In this document: positions 1-9,290 of the stretch, piece by piece
Position numbering within the stretch: position 1 is the first letter of the stretch
How the letters are laid out: every line of letters begins with the position of its first letter
Origin: Granulicella sp.
GTDB lineage: Bacteria; Acidobacteriota; Terriglobia; Terriglobales; Acidobacteriaceae
Assembly (NCBI GenBank): GCA_027339965.1
Contig: DAHWNL010000014.1
Coordinates: 69,141-133,140, forward strand
Length of the DNA: 64,000 nt
Reading direction: 5' to 3'
The notes under the pieces: generated by a model
What the model saw: only the letters and a program-made list of their open reading frames with translations
What the model was told of the DNA's origin: nothing
The model's database searches: none
Made by a program: the position numbers and the translations under genes

Positions 1-1
1 C

Positions 2-3000
2 CAGGCGAAAGTCGATTAAATCTTCCGTAATGGGGGCGCTGCTCAGAGCAAGGTAATCCGTTGAGCCGCCATAGACCGCGGTGATGGTGTCCGCCCCGGG
101 GGGAAGAGACGAGGTAGAGAAGCTGGCTATGCCCCCGGTCAAGGCAGAAGTGCCCAGAGCGGTTGTTCCATCCATCAGCGTGACGGTCCCGGTCGGCGTA
201 CCGACGGTAGAGACCACAGAGACGCTAAAGTTCACGGGAGATGTCGCCAGCGTCGAGCTGGGTGCGCCGGTGAGGTTGATGGCCGGAGTGGCGGGCTGGA
301 TGATCAACGTTCCGGTTGTGGAGCCCGTATAGTCCGAGTTGGTCACTGTGGCCGTGACGGGGTAAGATCCCGCAGCCACTGGTGGAGAGACGTTCCCTGA
401 GTAGGTTATGCGGACGCCGATGCCCGTGGGGTTGGTGGTCGCCGTGGCGGAGAGCGGTGAGCCGGAGTAGATCTGCACCAGGTTGCCCAGAGTGATCGCC
501 GCTGTGGCTTGATTCACCGTGAGGGTTGTGGAGCCGGTGGCGGGGTTGTAGTCGGCAGCATTGGAGGGCGTAAAGCTGACGTTGAGCGTCTGCTGGCCGA
601 CGGATGGCACCGCGCCGGCGGCTGGAGAATAGACGTAAGTTCCTGCCACCGATGCGTTGTTGAAGCTCGCGGAGGCGTCAAGCTGTGTGCTGCTCAAGGC
701 CGTGCCGTAGGCGATGGCCGCGGGAGCGGCCCAGAGGATGGTGGGGGTTGCCTTGGCGATGGTGATCACGCCGGTGGCCGTGCCCGTGTAGTTGGTGCTG
801 TTCACCGTTGCGGTAACGGTGTAGGTTCCGGCGTTGGTGGGAGGCGTGGGCGAGGCCGGGTACGCCGTGCCGCCCGTGCCGGTGTAGGTGAGGGTGACAG
901 GCAGGTTGCCAGGGTTGGTGGTGGCTGTGACGGAGACGGGCGCGCCGGTGTAGGTCTGCGTCGAGCTGCCTACCGTCACGGTTGCTGTGGCTTGATTGAC
1001 GGTCAGGCTGCCGTTGGCCGAGGTGGCTGTCCCGTAGTCGCCCGCGGCCGCAATGGTTGCAGTCACCGTGTAGGGAGTCGTCGATGCCGTCAGGCTTGCG
1101 GGGGGGACGGAGGCCGTGCAGGTCACCAAGCTCTTCGATGCTGGGCTACAGGTTGCCGGGGCGGAGACGCCCCCAGCGCTGATGCTCACGGTTTCAGTGG
1201 AAGGCGTGCTGCCGGAGTAGGCAACCGTCACTGACAAGGTTGTGGATGCTCCGTAGGTGGTGGACGCTGGGTTGGTGGGGGACAAGGTGAGCGTCGGCGT
1301 TGCCGCGCTCACGCTGATGCTGAAGGGCGCGCTGGTCACGGCCAGATAGTTGCCGCCCTCAGAGCTGCTGGCCGTCACTGCGCATGTGCCCACGCCGACA
1401 TAGGCTACGGTGGCGCCACTCGCTGTGCAAACGCTTGGGGTGGAGCTGCTCAGCGTGGGCGTTCCGTAGTAGCTTCCGGAGAAGGTGACCGTTGCCGAAC
1501 CGCCGTAGATGCCCGAGGTCGGGCCGGTGATGGTCAGTGTGCCCGGCGCCGGGCTGATGGTCAGCGTCGCGGTGGCGGAGGTGCTAGCGACCAGGTTCGT
1601 CGCTCCGCTATAAACCGCCGTCACGGTGTAGCCGCCGGCTGCGGCTCCAGCAGGAATCGTATAGCTGGTGCTGGCCGCGCCGTTGCTTACCGGTATGTTG
1701 CTGACCGCCGAGCCGATGAGGTTGCCTCCGTTGAAAACCTTGAAGGTGAAGGTTCCCGCGTTCACCGTCGTGCTGCTGTTGGTGGTGTCTGTGACGGTTG
1801 CCGAGAGCGTCACGGACTGCGGGCTGGTGCTGAAGGTGGGCTGCTCAGGGACGACTACTGTGGTCGCCGTCGCGTCCATACCAGAGGAGCCGCTCAAGAA
1901 GGCCGTCTGCTGGAAGGATGGCAGCGAGTTCAACGCAGCCTGATAGGAGTTATCCGTCAGGGTGACGGTGCTGGTCAACGATCCGGGCGTCTGCGGAGCA
2001 AACTCGTAGCTGAGCGCGCAGCCGAGGCCAAAGCCGAGCGAGAAGCTGGTGGAGCAGGCGGAGTTCGCTCCAGCCTGCTGGACGAAGTCGGTGCTGTCGC
2101 TGGCAGCGATTCCCGGCTTCACGGCCTTCAGATCTTGGTTGCCGATGTCGGTCAGGGTGACGGTTTCAACGCCGTCGGTGGTGTCGGTGGAGCCGACGGG
2201 AGTCGGCGTGGGGAAGGGCATGGTTGCCGCTGTGGATGCAATCTCTTCGAGACTGCCTTCGCTGGTTGCGGTGAGGTAGAGATCTCCGGCGGCGTCCAGG
2301 GCCACGCCGCCGCCGGGCGTCAGCGCGGCCTGAGTGGCTGGAATGCCGCTGTTGCTCTGGCTGCCGCTCTGGCTGCCGCCTCCAGCGATCGTGGTGATGA
2401 TATCGGTGGAAGCCGAGACCATGCGCAGGCGGGTTGCGGCTGCGCTGTTGTCCAGAACGTAGAGGTCGCCGGCTGCGTCCACGGCGAGGCCGGCAGGCTG
2501 GGCGAAGGTAGCGCTGGTGGCCGCACCGCCGTCGCCGGAGATCGACCCGCCCTCACCCGGCGTTCCCGCATCCACCGAGAGAGTGCCGGAGGAGAGTGCC
2601 AGCTTCCAGACCACGTAGTTGCCAGTGTCGGCGATATAGAGGTTGCCGCTGGAGTCCAGCGCCAGGGCGGACGGAGCGTTGATCTGCATGTTCACCGCCA
2701 TGCCGCTGGGGGCAGTGTATCCGCAGGCTCCGGTTCCGGCGATGGTGTTGATTTCGCCGTCAGCCGCCGTGATCTCGCGAACCACGCAGGCTGCGGCGTC
2801 GGCCACATAGAGGTTGCCGGACCCGTCCACGGTGACCGCGTCCGGCTCCTCAAAGGTCGCGCCGGTCGCCGGGCCGCCATCTCCGCTGTCTCCTTTGTTG
2901 CCGATCGTTCCCGCAACCTTGGTGATGATGCCGGTGACCGCTGATACTTCGCGCAGCACGTCGTGACCCTGGTCGGCGATGTACAGGTCGCCGGCGCCAT

Positions 3001-5596
3001 CGAGGGCCATGCCCTGAGGAGAGGAGAGCGTGGCCTGGGTGGCTGGGCAGCTATCGCCGATGTTGTCGCTGCTGCCCGGGCAGATGGAGCCGCCTCCGGC
3101 AAAGAGTGCCGCTGCGCCTCCGTCCTGCGCCAGCTTGACGATCTGGTTGTTTCCGCTGGAGGAGATATAGAGGTTACCGGCAACATCGGCGGTGAGAGCG
3201 CCGGGCGAGCTCAGCCCGCTGCTCAGCAGCGTGGAGAGCGTGCCTGGCTCCAGGGCCGCTTCGGCGCCCATCCCGACACCGCTGATGTACGCCGTGTTCA
3301 AAAGCGCGTTGCCGCTGCCGAAGATCTCCACCGCGCCCAGGCGCAGGCCCGGAGCCTTGGGAGAAAAATTGACGGTGACTGTGCAGCTCGATGGAGAAGA
3401 GTAAGTGCCTGCACAGGTTTTGCTGGCCAGGGTGAAGTCCAGGTTGGGAATCCCCTCGGTGACAACAGCTACGCCGGTGATCGCTGTTCCGCTGCTGACG
3501 CCGAAGGAGATCGTGCCTGTGCCCAGGGTGGGCGCGCCCACCGGGGTGTTGGGTAAGGTGGTCATCGTTGGACTGGTGACCGTGTTGGGCGGAGCGGCGA
3601 GCGTGCTGATGATCAGAGTCTGCGTTGCGCTGCTGGAGAAGGCGCTGCTGGAGGCTGCCGCGTCCACCACCGCCTGGCTGGTGGCCGGCGCGTTGGCGGT
3701 GACGGTGACGGCGACCGTGACGGAGTCGGTCGCTCCCGCATCGATCGGATGCATCAGGGTGCAGCCCAGCGTCGCCACACTGCAGCTCCAGCCCCCGCTG
3801 GGGTCGATCATGGAGACCGCGTTCATGCCGCTGGGCAGCGTGATGTTCAGCGTCACCGTAGGATAAGTGGTGATTGCGGTGCTGTTGGGGTTGTAGACCG
3901 AGAAGGTGAGCGTTCCGTCCGTCTCGCCGTCGGTAAATGTGACGGGAGTGCTGGTCGAGCCGGGCGAGTCGGCGGAGATGGTGACCCCAGGCGGGGTCAG
4001 GGTGGGTACAGCGAAGCTCATCATGTTGAAGAGGCTGTACTCCAGCATCAGCTCCTGAGGGCTCATCGGGCTACTCTTGGCGCGGTCCGATGCGCTATCG
4101 TCGATGCACTCATTGGGGAAGACCGTGGAAGCGCTCTCTTTGGCATTGTCGACGTGATACTCGTTGTACATCACCTGCCCAAACTGAGAACAGCCGTCCG
4201 AGCAGACCGGGGCGTAGAACGAGAGTTGCATGACGTCGCCGTAGGTTGTATCCGTGGCCCAGGAGAGAGTGTTATACGCCTTGTCGACGCCGGACTGATT
4301 GTTCCAGACGTAGTTGAGCGTGGTGGACCCTTGCTGGGTTGTGGCCTTCAGGTTCTGGAGCCACTCCGCGAGCGCGGCTCCGTTGGGGAAGCTCTGGTCG
4401 ATGGTTACCGGGACATTGGTTGTGTTGCTATAGGGACCGGTGTCACCGTTGTTCCAGTTCTCCGCAGCCAGCGCGGTGTTATAGACGATGCTGTCCTGGC
4501 TCGAACTCACGTTGTCCGGATTGTCGATGTAGAAGGCGCTATGATGCGTGGCGAAGATCCGTCCGCCCGAGTTGATGAACCCGGCGGCGTTGGTCTCCCC
4601 CTGAAGACTCGTATAGTTCGTGGGATAGGCCTGGCAGGGCAGCAAAAGCACGTTGTAGTCGTCGGCAAACAGACCGGAGCCCGTGGCGACGGCCGTTCCG
4701 CTTCCCGTGCCCATCAGGTAGCTCTCCAGATGCGATGGACTCACTGCCTGCGTGGACGTGTAGTAGCTTGGCGCCGAGACGCCGGAGTTGCCGATGCCAT
4801 TGTAGAGATTGACCCGCCCGGTGGGTCCGGCGGAGGGATCGGAGCTGGTGCTGTTGATGCCCACGCTCAGGTCCGTGAACTCGGAGTCGCTGATGCCCGC
4901 CTTGCGCAGGGTACACTCCAGCGCGTCTATCTCGCCGGTCACCAGGGCGATGTGCGGGATGTCACCCTCCCCCTGGTTGCGCGCAAAGCGAACCGTGGTC
5001 GGCTCGCCATAACCGCTCAGCGACGAGCTTCCGCCCTGGGTGACGTTGCTGGAGCTGAGCCCGGATGGCTCGGTCTCCGTCGCTCCGACGGCGGTGGTCA
5101 AGGGCGGGCTGGCTGGAGCCGAGAACAGAGCCGTATTGCCGCAGGCGGTCACCTGAGCGATGACAAACTGACGCCGCCAGCGGCCAGACTGAATCACCAG
5201 CGGAACATTGCTTCCAGCCGGAACGTCGGAGAGGGTGAAGGAGCCGTTGATTCCGGTGGTGGTCTGCACCAGCGGCGAGCCGCTCACCAGGTTGGCGTAG
5301 CTGTCCAGTACGGGATTCGCCGTGTTCACTCCGTCGGTAAAGGGCTGGACGGCGGTTCCAGGAATGTATACGAGAATGTTGGGGAGGGGGTTGATCCCGG
5401 CTGGATCATAGACGGTGCCGCTGATGGTCGTGGTCTCCCCGGCGGGACAGACCACCTGCGCGTAGGTGGATTGAGCCCGGGCAGGAGCAGGTCCCGGCAG
5501 CAGAGCCAGAGGCAGCGCCGCCGCCAGGAATGGCCGCCAACGGACATCCCGGAGCGCAAGACGCTGAGCGGATTTACGAATCCACGGATCTCGCAT
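2..5596 (-). CDS. Giant secreted surface protein (signal peptide, carboxypeptidase-regulatory-like N-terminal domain, NHL repeats, Ig-like Big_3/MBG-type repeats); 3' end lies beyond the left edge
   Basis: ATG at 5596 reads MRDPWIRKSAQRLALRDVRWRPFLAAALPLALLPGPAPARAQ (signal peptide), then TTISGTVYDPAGINPLPNILVYIP. NHL-type repeats (ALDGAGDLYIAD, ALDSSGNLYIAD) lie at ~2.2-3.2 kb, and Thr/Ser/Val-rich Ig repeats end in ITAVYGGSTDY at the edge. It is absent from the ORF track because there is no stop in the window. Four long + ORFs (509, 2135, 2963, 3749) lie in its exact antisense register, supporting one continuous frame. Confidence 0.85.
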   Translation of the reverse strand, partial: MRDPWIRKSAQRLALRDVRWRPFLAAALPLALLPGPAPARAQSTYAQVVCPAGETTTISGTVYDPAGINPLPNILVYIPGTAVQPFTDGVNTANPVLDSYANLVSGSPLVQTTTGINGSFTLSDVPAGSNVPLVIQSGRWRRQFVIAQVTACGNTALFSAPASPPLTTAVGATETEPSGLSSSNVTQGGSSSLSGYGEPTTVRFARNQGEGDIPHIALVTGEIDALECTLRKAGISDSEFTDLSVGINSTSSDPSAGPTGRVNLYNGIGNSGVSAPSYYTSTQAVSPSHLESYLMGTGSGTAVATGSGLFADDYNVLLLPCQAYPTNYTSLQGETNAAGFINSGGRIFATHHSAFYIDNPDNVSSSQDSIVYNTALAAENWNNGDTGPYSNTTNVPVTIDQSFPNGAALAEWLQNLKATTQQGSTTLNYVWNNQSGVDKAYNTLSWATDTTYGDVMQLSFYAPVCSDGCSQFGQVMYNEYHVDNAKESASTVFPNECIDDSASDRAKSSPMSPQELMLEYSLFNMMSFAVPTLTPPGVTISADSPGSTSTPVTFTDGETDGTLTFSVYNPNSTAITTYPTVTLNITLPSGMNAVSMIDPSGGWSCSVATLGCTLMHPIDAGATDSVTVAVTVTANAPATSQAVVDAAASSSAFSSSATQTLIISTLAAPPNTVTSPTMTTLPNTPVGAPTLGTGTISFGVSSGTAITGVAVVTEGIPNLDFTLASKTCAGTYSSPSSCTVTVNFSPKAPGLRLGAVEIFGSGNALLNTAYISGVGMGAEAALEPGTLSTLLSSGLSSPGALTADVAGNLYISSSGNNQIVKLAQDGGAAALFAGGGSICPGSSDNIGDSCPATQATLSSPQGMALDGAGDLYIADQGHDVLREVSAVTGIITKVAGTIGNKGDSGDGGPATGATFEEPDAVTVDGSGNLYVADAAACVVREITAADGEINTIAGTGACGYTAPSGMAVNMQINAPSALALDSSGNLYIADTGNYVVWKLALSSGTLSVDAGTPGEGGSISGDGGAATSATFAQPAGLAVDAAGDLYVLDNSAAATRLRMVSASTDIITTIAGGGSQSGSQSNSGIPATQAALTPGGGVALDAAGDLYLTATSEGSLEEIASTAATMPFPTPTPVGSTDTTDGVETVTLTDIGNQDLKAVKPGIAASDSTDFVQQAGANSACSTSFSLGFGLGCALSYEFAPQTPGSLTSTVTLTDNSYQAALNSLPSFQQTAFLSGSSGMDATATTVVVPEQPTFSTSPQSVTLSATVTDTTNSSTTVNAGTFTFKVFNGGNLIGSAVSNIPVSNGAASTSYTIPAGAAAGGYTVTAVYSGATNLVASTSATATLTISPAPGTLTITGPTSGIYGGSATVTFSGSYYGTPTLSSSTPSVCTASGATVAYVGVGTCAVTASSSEGGNYLAVTSAPFSISVSAATPTLTLSPTNPASTTYGASTTLSVTVAYSGSTPSTETVSISAGGVSAPATCSPASKSLVTCTASVPPASLTASTTPYTVTATIAAAGDYGTATSANGSLTVNQATATVTVGSSTQTYTGAPVSVTATTNPGNLPVTLTYTGTGGTAYPASPTPPTNAGTYTVTATVNSTNYTGTATGVITIAKATPTILWAAPAAIAYGTALSSTQLDASASFNNASVAGTYVYSPAAGAVPSVGQQTLNVSFTPSNAADYNPATGSTTLTVNQATAAITLGNLVQIYSGSPLSATATTNPTGIGVRITYSGNVSPPVAAGSYPVTATVTNSDYTGSTTGTLIIQPATPAINLTGAPSSTLATSPVNFSVSVVSTVGTPTGTVTLMDGTTALGTSALTGGIASFSTSSLPPGADTITAVYGGSTDYLALSSAPITEDLIDFRL

Positions 5597-6099
5597 GGTT
5601 ACTAAAGAAGAAACTTTAGTGTTTATCGGCGGACTCGGCTTTGAAGATCGATTTGGGATCGTCAGGCAACAGCGGACAGTCTCTTCCCCCTGAGTTCGCT
5701 CGGAGGCCGGTCGCTGCCGACCCCAAGGCCGGGGTCCGGGAGTGGGTGGACTCCAGAGCCGGCCAGTCTCTCGATCGATGTCTTCAACTTATGTATTTTG
5801 AGGAGGTTGCCCGTCGACGGGCAGGTGAGGTCGCGTTCGCGCGCAGGGCGTTCTCCCGGGCGAGGCGAGATCCAGCAGCCAGATGGGGTCCAGGAGCCAG
5901 GTTGAAGATACACCCGCCGTAAGATCTTCCAGGCGTCCCGTAACGCAACACAAGCGACAAGACGGGCTGCCGATCAGCACCGGAGGTGGAGGCAGCGCTT
6001 GAAGCTGGGTCGAGGGCGTGAGCGTCGATCCGCTGCGCCTCGGGCGCGCTCTCCAGCTGTGTCTGGGCGGGATGATGGTGGGGTTCTGCAGGTCCCGGC

Positions 6100-6549
6100 T
6101 CAGCGCCGGTCTTTGCGGGATGCGCGAACAAAGTTGCTTACCGCGAAGTAGGCAAAGGCCAGCGAGGCTGCACCAAGCAGATAGAACCTCTCGGCCAGGT
6201 GCGAGTATGGCGGCAGGCGCAGGGCGGCGCGCTGCTGCCAGACCCCCTGGAGCAGGAAGAGCGACATCATGGCGAAAAGCAGCCCGGTAACCTGCAACCA
6301 TACCACGCTGGAGAACCGCGCCAGGGGGGACCAGAGGGAGCGCCCCAGATGCTTGACCTCGCGGGCCGACGGAACCACCGAAGGCTTGGCCGGAGGAGGC
6401 GCGGGGCTGGGCGCCGTTGGCTTGACCGGGGGCGCAGTGGAAGAGGTTGCCGCGGAGGGCGCGCGAGCTGCGTCCGCAGCCAGCAGCAGCGTCTTCGCCG
6501 CGTGGCGAGCGCCGTATCCCAGTGCGCGACCGAATCGAACCCTGTCCAT
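6100..6549 (-). CDS. Hypothetical membrane protein (149 aa, two C-terminal TM segments)
   Basis: MDRVRFGRALGYGAR start, Pro/Ala linker, hydrophobic segments VVWLQVTGLLFAMMSLFLL and FYLLGAASLAFAYFAVSNF; TACACT 9 nt upstream of the ATG. Confidence 0.75.
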   Translation of the reverse strand: MDRVRFGRALGYGARHAAKTLLLAADAARAPSAATSSTAPPVKPTAPSPAPPPAKPSVVPSAREVKHLGRSLWSPLARFSSVVWLQVTGLLFAMMSLFLLQGVWQQRAALRLPPYSHLAERFYLLGAASLAFAYFAVSNFVRASRKDRR

Positions 6550-6723
6550 AACGCTACCAGTGTAAGGGAATTGGAGTTTTGGCTCCTACTGCCGATGATC
6601 ATGTCGACAGATTCCGAAACTTGGCGGCGATCTATCGGGGGTTCATGCGTCCAATTCAGAGACGGCCTCCGGTGTGTCGGATAATGTCTTTATGCAGAGC
6701 AAAGGGAAGGGAGCGGCGAAGGG

Positions 6724-6864
6724 ATGAAGAAGGTAATCTGGTTTATCGGGGGAGCAGCGGCTGCTGCCGCCGGCTTCCTGGTGTGGAGCAGGAAGCTGCG
6801 GCCGATTCACGAGTCTGCTTACTATCTGGATGAGGAAGTCTCCGAGGACGCCACCTTCGTTTAG
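6724..6864 (+). CDS. Small single-TM protein (46 aa), below the ORF-track cutoff
   Basis: MKKVIWFIGGAAAAAAGFLVWSRKLRPIHESAYYLDEEVSEDATFV*; purine-rich GAAGGG just upstream; basic N-terminus, hydrophobic helix, acidic tail. Confidence 0.65.
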   Translation: MKKVIWFIGGAAAAAAGFLVWSRKLRPIHESAYYLDEEVSEDATFV

Positions 6865-7153
6865 ACAGCTCGCAGCTTGAAGGGTGCCCGCGGCCCGGGC
6901 GGACAGCTTTGCGGTGCGGCCTGGTCTGCCGGCATCTTCCCTGATTCGGCGTGGCCGGCGCACTTGGCTTCCACAGCGTCATCGGCGTACTCTTTGGAGT
7001 AGCAAAGAAGGTTACCCGCAACTGCCGTTCCCTCCCAAACTCCAGCGTGGCAGGGAATACCCAATGCGTGGGATGGGCATTCCGGCATATTGCAGCAAAG
7101 GGAAGCAGGCCGCTCCATGGGTCGCCTGTTTCCCCGGCGACGGGGAGGTGGCA

Positions 7154-7474
7154 TTGAACCAGCAGGTCAAGGATCTTATCCAGAAGCTAGGAGAGGCGAT
7201 TCACGAATCGGTGAGCGAGTCCGATCAGATCTCGGGCGTCGTCCGCGAGATTCGCGAGCAGGGCTTTGATGTACTGTTGATGCTCGAGGCGACCATCGGC
7301 CTGAATGAAGTGGAACCTGATTCGGAACCGGCCTCTGCCGAGGGGGAAGGGGAGACTGAGGACGGCCCCTTCACTCGCAGTGATCGCAGCTTCCTGAGAT
7401 CGCTGCGTATCTCGACGGAGGATCAGGGTGCTGCGCCGGGGGATAGCGGCGAGGCAGAGAACCCGCATTCCTGA
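7154..7474 (+). CDS. Hypothetical acidic protein (106 aa)
   Basis: TTG start after the GGAGGTG RBS; MNQQVKDLIQKLGEAIHESVSES...FDVLLMLEATIGLNE...SDRSFLRSLRIS (3' part of ORF 6884..7474). Confidence 0.75.
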   Translation: MNQQVKDLIQKLGEAIHESVSESDQISGVVREIREQGFDVLLMLEATIGLNEVEPDSEPASAEGEGETEDGPFTRSDRSFLRSLRISTEDQGAAPGDSGEAENPHS

Positions 7475-7615
7475 GCAATCCTCGAAGCAACTGGACTCTC
7501 GATTTGTCAAGGATTTCCCTGCGCTGATACCCTCAGGCTTCATGGATGCACGAAGCTGCATCCGATCTGAGTGTGGGCGATGTTGCATCGCCAAGCCTTG
7601 GGAGGACTCTGGAAT

Positions 7616-8866
7616 ATGAGAGACACGTTAGGCGTATTGCTGGCAGGCGGCGCTGGAGAGCGGCTTTTCCCTCTGACTCGCGATCGCGCCAAACCTGCGG
7701 TTCCGTTCGCCGGCCAGTACCGGATCATCGATATTACCCTCTCCAATTGCATCAACTCGGATCTTCGTCAGGTCTACATTCTCACCCAGTACAAGGCTCT
7801 CTCTCTCAATCGCCATATCCGCGAGGGCTGGGGAGCTGTTGTGGCCAGCGAGTTGGGCGAGTTCATTGAGATCCTGCCGCCGATGCAGCGAGTCTCCAAG
7901 AGCTGGTATCAGGGAACCGCGGATGCCGTGTTTCAGAATATCTACTCGATCGGCTCGGAAGAGCCGCGTTATGTCCTGATCCTCTCTGGGGATCATATCT
8001 ACAAGATGAACTATGCGCTGATGCAGAAGCAGCACGCAGAATCCGGCGCTGACGTGACCATCGCCACCCTGCCCGTGATGCCCAGTCAGGTGGCCGAGTT
8101 CGGGGTGGTGGAAGTGAATGCCGACGGGGGTGTGGTTGGCTTTGTTGAGAAGCCCAAGGCCACGAAGATCCGTTCTCCCTTCAACCCCGAGATGGTGGAC
8201 GTCTCCATGGGCATCTACCTCTTCAACACCTCTGTGCTTTTGCCCGAACTGGTTCGGGACGCGGAGGCGCCCGACTCGCACCACGACTTCGGTCATGACA
8301 TCCTGCCCAAGCTCCTGGGACGCTACAAGGTGAACGCCTACAACTTTGTGGATGAGAACAAGCAGCGCGCCCTCTACTGGCGCGATGTGGGTACGCTGGA
8401 TGCGTATTATGAGGCGAACATGGACGTCGCCGCAGTGGCTCCTGTGTTCAATCTCTATGACAAGTCCTGGCCCATGCGCTCGCGGGCTTACCAGTATCCG
8501 CCGGCCAAGTTCGTCTTTGGCGAACCGGGGCGCACGGGGATGGCCATCAACTCCATCGTCAGCGCTGGTTGCATCATCTCCGGCGCGGTCATCCGCGGCT
8601 CGGTGCTCTCCCATGACGTCCGGGTGAACAGCTACGCCGACATTGACTCCAGCATCGTCTTTTCGCATAGCAACATCGGACGCCACTGCCGGATCCGCCA
8701 CGCGATCATCGATCGCGACGTTTACCTGCCCGATGGCACCGTCATTGGATATGACGCCAATGAGGATAAGAAACGCTACTTTGTCACCGCCAGCGGCCTG
8801 ACGGTGGTCACCCGCGACTACTCGGGTTATGAGAATCCGGTGTCTCCGGAGTTCTTGCGGCATTAA
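7616..8866 (+). CDS. glgC: Glucose-1-phosphate adenylyltransferase (ADP-glucose pyrophosphorylase)
   Basis: LLAGGAGERLFPLTRDRAKPAVPFAG, WYQGTADAV, LSGDHIYKM, FVEKP, YWRDVGTLDAYYEANM motifs; GGAGG RBS upstream of ATG 7616. Confidence 0.96.
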   Translation: MRDTLGVLLAGGAGERLFPLTRDRAKPAVPFAGQYRIIDITLSNCINSDLRQVYILTQYKALSLNRHIREGWGAVVASELGEFIEILPPMQRVSKSWYQGTADAVFQNIYSIGSEEPRYVLILSGDHIYKMNYALMQKQHAESGADVTIATLPVMPSQVAEFGVVEVNADGGVVGFVEKPKATKIRSPFNPEMVDVSMGIYLFNTSVLLPELVRDAEAPDSHHDFGHDILPKLLGRYKVNAYNFVDENKQRALYWRDVGTLDAYYEANMDVAAVAPVFNLYDKSWPMRSRAYQYPPAKFVFGEPGRTGMAINSIVSAGCIISGAVIRGSVLSHDVRVNSYADIDSSIVFSHSNIGRHCRIRHAIIDRDVYLPDGTVIGYDANEDKKRYFVTASGLTVVTRDYSGYENPVSPEFLRH

Positions 8867-8920
8867 GTCTCCCTGAGGTCGATTCTCCACGGCAAAGCTC
8901 TTCTCGCCGGAGGCTGGCAA

Positions 8921-9290
8921 ATGAAAACGCCGGCAACATCGAAGTGTCTTTCGTCGGAAGTGTCTTTCGTCGCGGGATTGGGTCCGATCTTTCGGGAGCC
9001 GGCCGCCGGTTCCCTGCGCACGGGAGCGTTGGATGGCGGGAAGCATTTTGCGCTTTGGCCGTTGGCGCAGGCCGCGGAGTCCTGCTGTGGGGCGGATCAA
9101 TGGTCCGACAGTCTTCTCGTACCTCAGGCGTGGCTGCAATTTGACGCGGCGGATCCTGAAGCCGCGACCGCAGAATGGAAGGCGCAGGGATACCAGTTGC
9201 TGGTTGCCCCGCGCTAGGTCTGCGGGGCCAGAGCCGCTGGGGCCAGGCCGTCACGCGGTTGCTGCGTCGCGAGGGCTGTTCGGTCCCTAT
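8921..9290 (+). pseudogene. Degraded glyoxalase/VOC-family gene
   Basis: Fragments EVSFVAGLGPI, HFALWPLAQAAESC, PQAWLQFD and GYQLLV end at TAG 9215-9217. The expected continuation (WGQAVTRLL..EG) follows in another frame. There is a 16-bp tandem duplication at 8941-8972. Confidence 0.6.

Noticed and set aside
509..5605. Long + strand ORFs (241, 269, 197 and 618 aa)
   Set aside because: All lie in the exact antisense register of the giant minus-strand gene; they are typical high-GC shadow ORFs with no motifs
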